Origin: Octopus vulgaris
Taxonomy: Eukaryota
Length of the DNA stretch: 64,000 nt
Direction of reading: 5' to 3'
NCBI GenBank assembly: GCA_951406725.2
Contig: OX597840.1
Location: forward strand, 27,404,001 to 27,468,000
Of this stretch, positions 15,120-30,570 are shown piece by piece (the first letter of the stretch is position 1; the number at the start of each line of letters is the position of its first letter). The position numbers and the translations under genes were made by a program. A model generated the notes under the pieces. It ran no database searches. It was not told the origin of the DNA and saw nothing but the letters and a program-made list of their open reading frames with translations.

Positions 15120-15751
15120 TATGGTGTTCAAAAAGTCTCTCCGCAGTAAGTATTTAATGGTTTTCGGGCGATTCTTGTACATTAATCCTTTACTTGCTCC
15201 TCAGAAAAAATAATTCCCGGCGGTGTTAAGTCAAGCGATCTTGGTGGCCAAAGTCCCCTTCAAAATAATCCGTTCACCGAAAAAATTCAATGGTTTCGGG
15301 CGATTCTTGTACATTAATCCTTTACTTGCTCCTCAGAAAAAATAATTCCCGGCGGTGTTAAGTCAAGCGATCTTGTGGCCAAAGTCCCCTTCAAAATAAT
15401 CCGTTCACCGAAAAATTCAATGGTTTCGGGCGATTCTTGTACATTAATCCTTTACTTGCTCCTCAGAAAAAATAATTCCCGGCGGTGTTAAGTCAAGCGA
15501 TCTTGGTGGCCAAAGTCCCTTCAAAATAATCCGTTCACCGAAAAATTCAATGGTTTCGGGCGATTCTTGTACATTAATCCTTTACTTGCTCCTCAGAAAA
15601 AATAATTCCCGGCGGTGTTAAGTCAAGCGATCTTGGTGGACAAAGTCCCCTTCAAAATAATCCGTTCATCTAAAAAAATTCTTGAAGTAGCGCCATGGTG
15701 ATGTACAGAACGGAAAAAAATTCACTGCGGAGAGACTTTTTGAACACCCTG
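15120..15751 (-). mobile_element. Non-autonomous Tc1/mariner element with ~28-bp TIRs and a 4x tandem transposase fragment
   Basis: TIR (CAG)GGTGTTCAAAAAGTCTCTCCGCAGT at both ends with TA flanks. The ~131-bp internal unit encodes FFGERII.KGLWPPRSLDLTP..YFF*GASKGLMYKNRP. Confidence 0.85.
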
Positions 15752-16579
15752 TACAGCAATGGAGTCACGTATAAGAAGATATTGACCAACTAAATATGTC
15801 TGCTTGTGCTGTTTAGAAAGTTCTATCACGGTTTTATCATTAACAAACTTTTTGGCAGATTGGACAGATCTACCGTAATTCTTCACGCTAACCGAATGAT
15901 ATTGAGTTATCAGAAATTCGCTTGTTTCGTTTGTTTGTTCGCTTGCTTTCTTTTTCATTTATTTTAATCCTTTTCGATGTTATACTAAATAAGAGGAAAG
16001 ATATATATCTATTGTAGCTGGGGGTTTTTTATAGGTTTTTGCTTTAAAACTATTCTGCCACGTTTGAATTGTAGAAGAACAAAGTTTCAAAAAGAATAAA
16101 ACAGAATACTACGGTAAAAAGAAGTCTCTTACAAGAGTCATCGTACAAATGAATGGTTGTTACGACAAGCATTTGAAAGACAATTCCTGAACATTGTGAA
16201 AAAACCAAAAGCTCTTTTATTATGGCCATATTCGAAGAAGCAGAGGGGTTGGAAAGCATTATCATGGGAGGAAAGGTAAAGAGTAATTGATCAAGAAGCA
16301 AAGAACGCGATGAATGGACAATATAGGTTTCAAATTTTGACGCAAAACCAGCAGTATCGGGGAGCGGTTAAATCGATTTCATCGACACCAGTGCTCAACT
16401 GGTACTTATTTTATCGACCTTGAAAGGAAGAAAAGCAAAGTCGTCCTCGGCGGAATTTGAATTCAGAACGTAAAGACGAATAAAAATGCCGTTAAGCAAA
16501 TGCCCGGCGTGCTAACGGTTCTGCTAGCTCTCCGCCTTTTGGCTGGAGTATGTCAAAAGTTGGTTGTACAAAAGTTGCT

Positions 16580-17035
16580 AGGCAGCTAGAAAACAGCTGG
16601 GGAACAGCTGAAGAGCAACTGGAGAATAGCTGAAGAATAGCTGGAGAACAGCTGGAGAACAGCTGGAGAACAGCTGGAGAATAGCTGGAGAACATCTGGG
16701 GAATAACTGGAGAACAGCTGGAGAATTGCTAGAGAACATCTGGAGAACAGCTGGAGAATAGCTGGAGAATAGCTGGAGAACAGCTGGAGAATAGCTGGAG
16801 AATAACTGGAGAATAGCTGGAGAACAGCTGGAGAATTGCTAGAGAACATCTGGAGAACAGCTGGAGGAAGTTGGAGAATAACCAGAGAACAGCTGGAGAA
16901 CAGCTGGAGAACAGTTGGTGAACAGCAGGAGAGCAGCTGGAGAATAGTTGGAGAACAGCTGGAGAATAGCTATAGAAGAGCTGGAGAACAGCTGGAGAAT
17001 AACTAGAAAACAGTTGGAGAACAGCTGGAGAACTC
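16580..17035. repeat. 11-bp minisatellite (AGCTGGAGAAC/T)n; second copy at 18220-18675
   Basis: About 40 slightly variant 11-mers. Confidence 0.92.
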
Positions 17036-17039
17036 ATAC

Positions 17040-17395
17040 TTAATCGGGAAGACATTCGTTGTCGAGTCATCAATGAAGACCGACCATACTTGACAGAGAT
17101 GGGCGTCAGAATCGTCCCTCACCCGCCCTACAGCCGAGACCTGGCTCCCTGAGAATTTTGCTCTCCCCCCCCCCCGAATTAGGGGAGAACCTTGGGAGTA
17201 GTTGTTTTGAAGATGAAGGAGATTGTGATAAGGGTTCTGTACACCTTTACTTTGGAAGGCTTTCATGGGGCCTTCACGAAGTGACTGGCGCGCTACAACA
17301 TATGCATTGAAGCCAAAGGACCCAACAGTGAGGGCGATTGGGGTTTTGAACTTTTATTGAATTAATAAACGTCTTTGCTAAAGATGTCTCAAAAC
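17040..17395 (+). mobile_element. Mariner (DD34D) transposase C-terminal remnant; duplicated at 18680-19035
   Basis: VPHPPYSRDLAP*EF (YSPDLAP motif)...FEDE...ARYNICIEAKG. Confidence 0.8.
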
Positions 17396-19039
17396 GATAC
17401 CCACAGCACACCGCCCACACACCCATCCCCACATCTTTACACCTACACATACATACACATATGACATCACAACACACTACCCACACACCCATCCCCACAT
17501 CTCCACACCCATACATACATACACACACACACACGTCCAGACCACCAGCCCTCTTTCACACGCACATACATACTCTCTTATACACACACGCACCTTTGTG
17601 TTGGGGGCACCTTCATATTGGAAGTCACTTGACCCTGTTATCTCCCCTACTGTCCCTCTTGCGTCTGACCACTGTCCGAAATTAGGACGCCATGATAGAT
17701 CGTTAGCTCCTACACGCATTTTTTTCTCTCGTTTTTTTTGTATCTCTGTGTCCTTTTGTAGAAGAGCGTAGGCTTTAAAAAACGTTTGAATTGTAAAAGA
17801 CAAAGTTTCAAAAAGAATAAAACAGAATTTTTCTATTCCTGAGCATTTGAAAGTTATACTAATGGCCATATTCGAAGAAGCAGAGGGGTTGGAAAGCATT
17901 ATCATGGGAGGAAAGGTAAAGAGTAATTGATCAAGAAGCAAAGAACGCGATGAATGGACAATATAGGTTTCAAATTTTGACGCAAAACCAGCAGTATCGG
18001 GGAGCGGTTAAATCGATTTCATCGACACCAGTGCTCAACTGGTACTTATTTTATCGACCTTGAAAGGAAGAAAAGCAAAGTCGTCCTCGGCGGAATTTGA
18101 ATTCAGAACGTAAAGACGAATAAAAATGCCGTTAAGCAAATGCCCGGCGTGCTAACGGTTCTGCTAGCTCTCCGCCTTTTGGCTGGAGTATGTCAAAAGT
18201 TGGTTGTACAAAAGTTGCTAGGCAGCTAGAAAACAGCTGGGGAACAGCTGAAGAGCAACTGGAGAATAGCTGAAGAATAGCTGGAGAACAGCTGGAGAAC
18301 AGCTGGAGAACAGCTGGAGAATAGCTGGAGAACATCTGGGGAATAACTGGAGAACAGCTGGAGAATTGCTAGAGAACATCTGGAGAACAGCTGGAGAATA
18401 GCTGGAGAATAGCTGGAGAACAGCTGGAGAATAGCTGGAGAATAACTGGAGAATAGCTGGAGAACAGCTGGAGAATTGCTAGAGAACATCTGGAGAACAG
18501 CTGGAGGAAGTTGGAGAATAACCAGAGAACAGCTGGAGAACAGCTGGAGAACAGTTGGTGAACAGCAGGAGAGCAGCTGGAGAATAGTTGGAGAACAGCT
18601 GGAGAATAGCTATAGAAGAGCTGGAGAACAGCTGGAGAATAACTAGAAAACAGTTGGAGAACAGCTGGAGAACTCATACTTAATCGGGAAGACATTCGTT
18701 GTCGAGTCATCAATGAAGACCGACCATACTTGACAGAGATGGGCGTCAGAATCGTCCCTCACCCGCCCTACAGCCGAGACCTGGCTCCCTGAGAATTTTG
18801 CTCTCCCCCCCCCCCGAATTAGGGGAGAACCTTGGGAGTAGTTGTTTTGAAGATGAAGGAGATTGTGATAAGGGTTCTGTACACCTTTACTTTGGAAGGC
18901 TTTCATGGGGCCTTCACGAAGTGACTGGCGCGCTACAACATATGCATTGAAGCCAAAGGACCCAACAGTGAGGGCGATTGGGGTTTTGAACTTTTATTGA
19001 ATTAATAAACGTCTTTGCTAAAGATGTCTCAAAACGATA

Positions 19040-19632
<593 letters not shown>

Positions 19633-20006
19633 TGGGGGGATAAATGGTTGGATGGTTGGATATAAAATGGTACACTCTAGGAGAAGGAATATTCTCTGAA
19701 ACTATTCCTGAATGTAAATCTGCATAGAATTATTTTGTATTTTTCTGGAAAGCGAATTAAATGCGAAAACGTTAGCATCAGATTAAATGTATGAGGTGTG
19801 CAGCTAAGTAGGAGAGAAATACAACAACAACAATAACAACAATGAGATTGGAGACAACAACAACAACAACAATGGCAGTATGAACAAACAAATGAATAAA
19901 TATATATAAAAAAAAATGTGTACAGTTTAACAATAATTCGTGAAATTTTAGCAATAATAGCTGCGAGCTTTTATATTGCACAGGAATATAGAGATATATG
20001 CAGAGT

Positions 20007-20052
<46 letters not shown>

Positions 20053-20086
20053 TGATAGAGAGAGAGATAGAGAGATTGATAGATAG

Positions 20087-20173
<87 letters not shown>

Positions 20174-20180
20174 TTGATAG

Positions 20181-20223
<43 letters not shown>

Positions 20224-20497
20224 TAGATAGAGAGAGAGAGAGAGATTGATAGATAGAGAGAGAGAGAGATTGATAGATAGAGAGAGAGAGAGATAAATAG
20301 ATAGAGAGATAGAGAGATAGAGAGATAGAGGGAGAGAGAGAGAATGATAGATAGAGAGAGAGATTGATAGATAGAGAGAGAGAGAGAGATTGATAGATAG
20401 ATAGAGAGAGAAAGAGAGAGAGATTGATAGATAGATAGAGAGAGAAAGAGAGAGAGATTGATAGATAGATAGAGAGAGAGAGAGAGATACATACATA

Positions 20498-20561
<64 letters not shown>

Positions 20562-20818
20562 TATACATATATATACATATATATACATATGGAGTGAGGT
20601 CTGTGTGTATATGGTGTGTGTGTGTGCGCGCGTGTTTTTCTGTTTATGTCACTATTTAAGAGGTGAAGGATTCAATACAGGTGTAGAGAGCAATAAATTG
20701 TAACTGTGCTGCTGAGCTTACTCTGAGTTTTACTCTGTTGTTACTCAGAGTTTTCCAAGTATCTTATATTACCATTCGGCATGTAGAGGTATTTGTGTAT
20801 GTGAATGTAAATATGCAT

Positions 20819-20898
<80 letters not shown>

Positions 20899-20978
20899 GT
20901 ATATATAAATACACATAGTAAATATGTTATATACGCAGTATATATTTGTGTTTTATAAATTTAGACATCTACATGTAT

Positions 20979-21015
<37 letters not shown>

Positions 21016-21264
21016 CATATATATATACACACACACACACATACATGTATGAATATATACATATATGTACATATATACATATACGCATACGTATACACAG
21101 CAATATGTACATATAAACATATGTATGAATACATACACACGTATATACATATATAGATAGAAAAATAGATAAATAGATAGAAAGATACACACACACATAC
21201 ACATACACACATATATATATATATATACATATATATATACACATACATATATACATATATATAC

Positions 21265-21297
<33 letters not shown>

Positions 21298-21358
21298 TAC
21301 ATATATATACACATATATATACACATATATATATATACACATATATATACACACACAC

Positions 21359-21399
<41 letters not shown>

Positions 21400-21724
21400 T
21401 ATAAAAGCTTATTCAAAACTCTTATATGGTATGAAGAACAAACCGTCTCTAAACAATTTCTCTCAAGGTTTGAATTAATAAACGTTTCCATTTCAAGTGC
21501 GTCATTAAAACTGTAAGAATGTGACAATTCTCCGATATACACACACCACACGTACACACGCATCTCTATACACGCATAACTTAGTATGTGTATACATACA
21601 AATATATACATATATATATTGTTTTTATTAAGTAGGTAAATGGAAAACGACAAGCTTAACATTTCTGTAAGATAAATCTCGCTCTTTATTGTACATTTTG
21701 CCTTCATACATAGGCATCGATTTT

Positions 21725-21765
21725 TGTATTATTATTATTATTATTGTTATTGTTATTGTTATTGT

Positions 21766-21843
<78 letters not shown>

Positions 21844-21873
21844 TATTATTATTATTATTATCATTATTACTAG

Positions 21874-21909
<36 letters not shown>

Positions 21910-21941
21910 CATTATTATTATCATTATCATTATTATTATCA

Positions 21942-21972
<31 letters not shown>

Positions 21973-22022
21973 CATTATTATTATTATTATCATCATCATT
22001 ATTATCATCATCATCATCATCA

Positions 22023-22057
<35 letters not shown>

Positions 22058-22278
22058 GCTGTTGTTGTTATTGTTGCTGTTGTGGTGTTGTTGCTATTGT
22101 TATTTTGTTGCTTATTTGTTGTCATTATTATTATTGTTGTTGTTCTTATCGTTGTTGGGGTGGTAGTGGTAGGGATGTTATCATTATTATTATTATTATT
22201 ATATTATTATTATTATTATTATTGTTATTGTTATTATTATTATTATTATTATTGTTATTGTTATTATTATTATTATTA

Positions 22279-22331
<53 letters not shown>

Positions 22332-22333
22332 TA

Positions 22334-22383
<50 letters not shown>

Positions 22384-22430
22384 TATTATTATTATTATTA
22401 TTATCGTTGATTTTGTTGTAGTTGTTGTTG
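21725..22430. repeat. (ATT)n/(ATC)n/(GTT)n compound microsatellite
   Basis: Direct reading. Confidence 0.95.
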
Positions 22431-22850
22431 TTAAGGCGTAATCGTTATTAGCATGCCGGACAAAATGCTTGGTGGCATTTTCTTCCGTCTTTACGTTCTG
22501 AGTTCAAACTCCGCCGAGGTCGACTTTGCCTTTCTTCCTTTCGGGGGTCGACGGAATAAGTGCCAGTTAGACACTGAGGTCGATGTAACCGACTTGCCCG
22601 TCCACCCCCACCCCCACCACCACCTCCAAATTGCTGGCCTTGTGCCAAAATTTGAAACGGAACAGTAAAAGAACCATATCCAGCAATCAACAGACGCATT
22701 TCTTTAATCCCAAGCAGGACCAAAATCATGCTTACCCCCACCCCATTGCGTCTTCAGAGCAAAATCCATGCCTGGACCCTAATTATATTCACGCAACCAT
22801 TGCATATAGATGCAAGATTGTTTTGATTTTTTTAATCCCTTTTTTTCCGA

Positions 22851-23025
22851 GGCGCAGGATTGGTTGTGTGGTAAGAAACATGCTTCCCAACCACAGGGTT
22901 CTGGGTTCAGTCCCACTGCGTGTCACCTTGGACAAGTGTCTTCTACTATGGCCTCTGGCTGACCAAAGCCTTCTCAGTGGATTTGGTAGACGGAAACTGA
23001 AAGAAGCCCGTCGTATATATGTATA

Positions 23026-23062
<37 letters not shown>

Positions 23063-23099
23063 ATATTAGGGAATATATATATATGTTTATATATATATG

Positions 23100-23176
<77 letters not shown>

Positions 23177-23390
23177 GTATATGTTTGTGTGTCTGTGATT
23201 GTCCCTCCAACATCACTTGACAACCGATGCTGGTGTGTTTACGTCCCCGTCACCTTGCGGTTCGGCAATAGAGACCGATAGAATAAGTACTAGTCTTACA
23301 AAGAATAAGTCCGGGGGGGGGGGGCGCGATTTGCTCGACTAAAAGGCGGTGCTCCAGCATGGCCACAGTCAAACGACTGAAACAAATAAC
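22851..23390 (+). mobile_element. tRNA-derived SINE family A with an internal (TA/TG)n tract
   Basis: A/B-box-like head (tggttgtgtggtaag...gggttcagtccc), central microsatellite, and tail ...gactgaaacaa. Confidence 0.85.
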
Positions 23391-23914
23391 AGAATTACAG
23401 AATAACAGAATGACAGAATGACAGAATTAATTTGAAACCTAATTCAAACAAAAACGGTGAATTTCAGCAAAAAAAAAAAATGGTAATAAAAGGGCTAAAA
23501 GGATCTAAGCAAAAAGCCTCCCATCAAAATCTCATGTTAATTTCGAAACACCATCTTAACAATGACGAAATTGTTTTACTAAATTTTGTATTTCGAAATT
23601 AATTGAAAGAAATTTAGTGTTTTTCGTCAGAAGTATTGAAAGGGATAAAATGGTTTGTATTTAAGCCTTCCATTAAAGTCTTATGCAAATTTATGTGCCG
23701 TACAGTCAATTCAATAATGGCGAAGTTATTTTTCTAAATTCTTTATTAATTTCACGTTTAATTGAAACAAAGACAACATGGCTGTACAACAACAATATGG
23801 CGAATGGTAACAACAATAAATATGACAGAAGCCGGGGGCAACTACTAAAATAAAAACCTCCGTCAGCAACTCAACTAGAGGTCGACTAATTTTCATAACT
23901 TTACATAACAGCTT

Positions 23915-24600
23915 GAAGCTGCATGTCTCAGTAGTTAGAGCGTCGGACTCACGATTGTGAGCTAGCGAGTTCGATTCCCGGACCGGGCTCTGTGTTGCGT
24001 TTTTGAGCAAGACACTTTATTTCACGTTGCTCCAGGTCACTGAGCTGTAGAAATGAGTTGTGACATCACAGGTGCCAAGCTGTATCGGCCCCTTTGCCTT
24101 TCCCTTGGATAACATCAGTGGCCATCGGAGAGAGGAGGCTGCTGGTCTTCCATAAACAACCTTGCCCTGGACTTGTGCAGCGGAGGGGAACATTCTAGGT
24201 GCAATTCCGTGGTCATCATAACTGAAAAGGGTCTTTATCTTATATATATAGTGAAGGTGCATGACTCAGTGGTTAGAGTGTTGGGCTTACAATCTTGAGC
24301 TAGCGAGTTCGATTCCCGGAGACCGGGCTCTGTGTTGTGTTCTTGAGCAAGACGCTCTATTTCGCGTTGCTCCAGTTCACTCAGCTGTAGAAATGAGTTG
24401 CGACGTCATTGGTGCCAAGCTGTATCGGCCCCTTTGCCTTTCCCGTGGATAATACCGGTGGCATGAAGAGGGAAGACTGGTATGCGTGGGTGGCCGCTGA
24501 TCTTCCGTAAAAACAACCTTGCCCAAACTTGTGCCGCGGAGGGGAAATTTTCTGGTGAAATCGCGTGGTGGTTCATGACTCAAAGGAGGTCTTTACCCTT
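23915..24600 (+). mobile_element. Two tandem copies of tRNA-derived SINE family D
   Basis: Heads ctcagtggttagag...gagttcgattccc at ~23925 and ~24265 with a shared body. Related - strand copies lie at 36340-37065 and 49005-49485. Confidence 0.8.
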
Positions 24601-25046
24601 TACATAACACCCTCAACACCACCACTAACACTGTTTCCCCATGGTGGTCGGCGGCAATAACATAAGCCATATTTCAACAGCTAAGTCTTTCAAAACCCCA
24701 CAAAACCATTAGAAGACTCAAAATAAAAACTGTGATGAATCTAGACCTGCTGTGAAAAGAAAGGAGAAAGGTTGCTTAACCTTTTGCATTTAAACCATCC
24801 ACTTCAGGCCCCAAATTTTCTACCTGTTTAATGTTCAAAGCAGCCCAATCAGGCCCCTCACATCTACCTTGGAATGTCATTCTAAAAATAAAGAATCACA
24901 TCTTTAAACTCTTGAAGCTACGAGATAATACTTGATTAATTCAAAACAATTTGGATGAATAAGGATTACTTTTGACAGAGTAATCTGAATGTTATAGGAT
25001 TATGATGATCTTTTGGGGGTTTCGAAAAGCACAACGATATACACGG

Positions 25047-25243
25047 CAGGGTTGCCGATATAGCATATTTTATGCTAGATCTAGCTTCTTCTTTTTGTCA
25101 GCATTTAGCAGAAAATTAAGCTTTTTGATATAATTAGTCTTTAGCATTTTTTTTTATCATTTAGCGTTTTTTTAGCATTTTTTGGTATTTTTTTTTCCTA
25201 CTGAAATTTAGCATAAAATTGTGATTTTAAGTTGGCAACACCG
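25047..25243. mobile_element. hAT-type MITE with 8-bp TSD
   Basis: CAGGGTTGCC...GGCAACACCG termini; ATACACGG is duplicated at 25039-25046 and 25244-25251. Confidence 0.8.
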
Positions 25244-25719
25244 ATACACGGTGATATTTAAATGAATAGTGATTGAAAGTTGGTGAATGGAAAAACCAAC
25301 ACAAGAGCAGCTGGAGAAGTTCTTAAAGGAATTATGAAGACAGAAAAAGGCGGCTGTCAATCGCAGCAGATACAACGGACCGTTGTGGGTTGCGAGTTTT
25401 GAAGATTTTGAAAAGCACAATGAGACACACGGTGACATTTTAATGTATAGCGCTTAAAAGTCAGTGTATGGAAAGACTGACACATGAGCAGGCAGAGAAG
25501 TGCATAATTATGGAGACAGAAAAAGTTTGTCAATCGCGGCAGGTACAATGGAACGCAGTGGGTTGCGAGTTTCCTTTCTGAGGACGAAACGAAGAGCCAT
25601 TTTACTGCCTCTCTCAAAAACGAGGATTTTGACCTTATCCCATCCTATATGGGCAACGAGTGGAAAAAGTAACGGTGGTGAATAAATAGAGATGTGGACA
25701 TTCAGAGAGATGGGCTGGC

Positions 25720-25761
<42 letters not shown>

Positions 25762-25798
25762 GGGTGGGGTGGATGGATAGATAGATAGATAGATAGAC

Positions 25799-25841
<43 letters not shown>

Positions 25842-25898
25842 CAGATGGATAGATAGATAGATAGAGAGAAAGAGAGAGAGAGAGGTGGGGGATGGATG

Positions 25899-25969
<71 letters not shown>

Positions 25970-25985
25970 AGGTGGGGGATGGATG

Positions 25986-26048
<63 letters not shown>

Positions 26049-26121
26049 GGATGGATGGATGGATGGATGGATGGATGGATGGGTGGATGGGTGGATGGAT
26101 GGATGGACGGACGGACGGATG

Positions 26122-26157
<36 letters not shown>

Positions 26158-26176
26158 AAGAAAGAAAGAGAGAGAA

Positions 26177-26207
<31 letters not shown>

Positions 26208-26266
26208 TATAAATAAATAGTCAGACCGACAGACAGACAGATATATATATATATATAGATGGATAG

Positions 26267-26670
26267 AGGCGGCGAGCTGGCAGAACCGTTAGCACGCCGG
26301 GCGAAATGCTTAGCGGTATTTCGTCTGCCGTTACGTTCTGAGTTCAAATTCCGCCGAGGTCGACTTTGCCTTTCATCCTTTCGGGATCGATAAATTAAGT
26401 ACCAGTTACGCACTGGGGTCGATATAATCGACTTAATACGTTTGTTTGTCCTCTCTGTGTTTAGCCCCTGGTGGGTAGTAAAGAAATGGGTATTTCGTCT
26501 GCCGTTACGTTCTGAGTTCAAATTCCGCCGAGGTCGACTTTGCCTTTCATCCTTTCGGGGTCGATAAATTAAGTACCAGTTACGCACTGGGGGTCGATGT
26601 AATCGACTTAATCCGTTTGTCTGTCCTTGTTTCTCCCCTCTGTGTTTAGTCCCTTGTGGGTAGTAAACAT
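26267..26670 (+). mobile_element. SINE family B, near full length with a tandemly duplicated body
   Basis: Head ggcggcgagctggcagaaccgttagc; the body repeats from ~26489. Confidence 0.82.
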
Positions 26671-27351
26671 ATAAGATATATATAGAGAGAGAGACACACA
26701 CAGTCAGGCAAACAGACAGTCTGACGGACAGACAAATAAATACACAGACAAACAATCAGAAAGAAAAAGAGAGAGAGAGGGACAGAGAGATGGAAACAGA
26801 CAGGTATAAACAATCAGAGGTAGATATTAATGAATACACAGCCCGACAGATCGACAGACAGACAGACAAACAGAGGAGATAGAGAGAGAAAGAGACTGCA
26901 GAACGTAGTCTGGTATAAAAGATGTCTGAAAACGATGAGATGAATCACACCTGAAGCTAAACACAAACATCAATTAGAACAACAACACCTACAGCAACAA
27001 CAACAACAACTGCAACAATAAGAACAAGAACAGAACTAGTAATAAAATCAAAGTCAACAACAATAACAACGAAATAGGTTAAATATTTGTCAGAAAAGTA
27101 CACAAAAAGCTTATTACATAAATTTGAAAGAATTGAGAAGACGAGAAATTTGCCAATAAATTCATTTCGATGAATAAAAGCGAAGAAAGAATTTATAAAT
27201 TTCAATACGAGGTAGATTAATTGGCGGAGAGGGAGAGAGAACAGTTGTTTAAAGTCCACCATAATTCAATTTGTTAAACAGAGAATAGATTTATTTTTGA
27301 CATGCATTTATGAATAAATAACTTCAAATTAATAATGGATAGATAGGTAGG

Positions 27352-27407
<56 letters not shown>

Positions 27408-27413
27408 TGGATG

Positions 27414-27466
<53 letters not shown>

Positions 27467-27484
27467 GCAGACAGACAGACAGAC

Positions 27485-27527
<43 letters not shown>

Positions 27528-27694
27528 TATAGATATAGATAGATAGATATAGATGGATAGATAGATAGGTAGGTAGGTAGGTAGGTAGGTAGGTAAGTAC
27601 GTAGGTAGGTAGGTAGGTTGGTAGGTAGGTAGGTAGGTAGGTAGGTAGGTAGGTAGGTAGGTAGGTAAATAGATAGATAGATAGAGAGAGAGAG

Positions 27695-27758
<64 letters not shown>

Positions 27759-28144
27759 GGGTAGGCATGTATGTATGTATGTATGTATGTAGGTAGGTAG
27801 GTAGGTAGGTAGGTAGGTAGGTAGGTATTGTTGACGAAACTACATATAACTACATATAGATAAATATAAAAGTTATAATGATAGCTTGCAAATGTTGAGT
27901 TTAAAAATAGAGTAAAAAAATAATATCGTGTGAATAATGGATTTCAAAATCATTTGGAATAAAACAAAATCATTGGAATAAAAACAAAAACAGAAAAAGC
28001 AAGGCTGCGTGTGGGACTCGAACCCACGCGTTTTATAAGAATGACAAGTGTATTACGATTGGACTAAAACAATCTTTTGAAATTCTATATTTTAGAAACT
28101 GTATTTTTACCAGCAAGAATTGTACGTTATTTATACATACATAC

Positions 28145-28181
<37 letters not shown>

Positions 28182-28204
28182 CACATATATATGCATGTAT
28201 GCGC

Positions 28205-28267
<63 letters not shown>

Positions 28268-28348
28268 TCCCGGGTTGATTCGGGGTTAACCACAGTAAGT
28301 AAGGTACTCAATACATAGCAGAGTAAAATTAATTTATTATATAGAAGG

Positions 28349-28399
28349 AGCTTCTACAGGACTAGTACTGTTTCATTCAAGAGAAATCTTCAGGAAGCT
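28349..28399 (-). ncRNA. Type I hammerhead ribozyme (inverted-arm copy)
   Basis: Reverse complement of the motif at 35510-35560. Confidence 0.85.
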
Positions 28400-28777
28400 A
28401 TTTAACAAGAATTGTATTAGCATTTATACATTTAGAGGAGTGGTGGTGGGGGACTTTTTGGGGGGTAGGCATAGCGCAAAATATCATACTTGGGGGAGTG
28501 GTCAAGGTAATAAAAAATAAAAAAATAAAAATAAAAAAATAAATAAAAAGATAAAATAAAAGAATAAAAATAAAAAATATAAAAAATATAAAAAATATAA
28601 AAAATATAAAAAATATATATAAAAATATATAAAAAAATATATATATAAAATATATATATAAAATATATATATAAAAAAAGGGGGGATAGAGTTATAGGTA
28701 AATAAGGAGATTCTCACTTATACCTATACACACATGTATACGTATCTACACACACATACGCACATACACATATATCT

Positions 28778-28828
<51 letters not shown>

Positions 28829-29289
28829 CCTACACATACACACATACATACATACAAATATACATATACATATATATATATATACAATCCAATACAGGCC
28901 CATTCCCTAATTTTAATTTTATTATCTTCATTTATTACTTTTGTTATCTTTGATCGCTAAGGCTAAGAATCCTGGCAATAGCTGCTTGTCCATTTGTCTG
29001 TCTACTAGAAGGCAAGTACTCATTCCCGCACGCACACTCATTAGCACGTACATTCACCCATTCGTACACTCATACACATACACGTACGCACGCGTTATAT
29101 TCATACATACAAACATCTACATACGTTCACGTATATACACATACGTACTCGTACCTACAGATTCGTGTCTACACTTTAGGAGGCTAGTCTATACATATAC
29201 ACCAATAAATATACATATATATATATATATATATACCCGCATATACATACACACACACACACATATATACTCCTACATACAGATACATA

Positions 29290-29329
<40 letters not shown>

Positions 29330-29843
29330 TACATATATATATACATATATACACATACATACACATACACACATACACACACATACATACACATATATAT
29401 ACATACACAAACATATATACACACACATATATATACATACACACATACACACGTACATACGTATACATACATACATACATCTATACATCCATACTTACAT
29501 GCATTTATACGCATACACACACCCATCTATATATATGTATATATATATATATATATATATACACACTCACACATACATATACAAATCTACGCACACACAT
29601 ACATACATACACGTATACGCATACACGCACATACACATATACATGCGTACCCATACACGTGCACACACGCACGCGCATCCATATAAATACACACACACAC
29701 ATATATATATACACGTGTGCAAGCATACATACATACTCATACGCGCACACATACTTACAAATACATATATGCACACACTTACACACATATATATACATAC
29801 ACATATACATGCATACATACATATATGCATACATACACACACG

Positions 29844-29900
<57 letters not shown>

Positions 29901-29963
29901 TATACATACATAGACATATATACACATACATACACATACACATACGTACACACACATATACAC

Positions 29964-29994
<31 letters not shown>

Positions 29995-30213
29995 CACATA
30001 TACGCATACATATATACACATATACATACATATACATACACACACACATACATATATACATATACACTGATACACATACCCATACATACACATGCATATA
30101 CTTATATTACTACATACTCACATATATAGACATATATACATATACACACATACATATATACATGTACATACACATACGCATGCATATATATATATATATA
30201 CATACATATATAT

Positions 30214-30270
<57 letters not shown>

Positions 30271-30532
30271 TACATATACACATATACATGTATACATACG
30301 CAAAAATGATACGCATATATACACATACACACACACAGACAGATGCATATACATACATATATATATATATAAACTACATATCTATATAAATACATACATA
30401 ATACACATATACACACACATATATATACATTCATGCATATACATATACAAGTATACATACACAAACATACACACACACGCGCACACATACATATACACAC
30501 ACACATATATACAAATACATACATACACACAT

Positions 30533-30570
<38 letters not shown>

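Noticed and set aside
16492-17073. ORFs with SSYSPAILQLF repeats
   Set aside because: They are products of an 11-bp minisatellite whose period is not a multiple of three.
25508-26755. 415-aa ORF on the - strand
   Set aside because: It is a concatenation of antisense SINE-B sequence and (TCTA)n/(TCCA)n repeats.
28003-28032. tRNA gene on the - strand (GGGTTCGAGTCCC)
   Set aside because: Only a T-arm-like fragment is present, with no D-arm, anticodon arm or acceptor pairing. The SINE heads elsewhere are likewise not real tRNAs.
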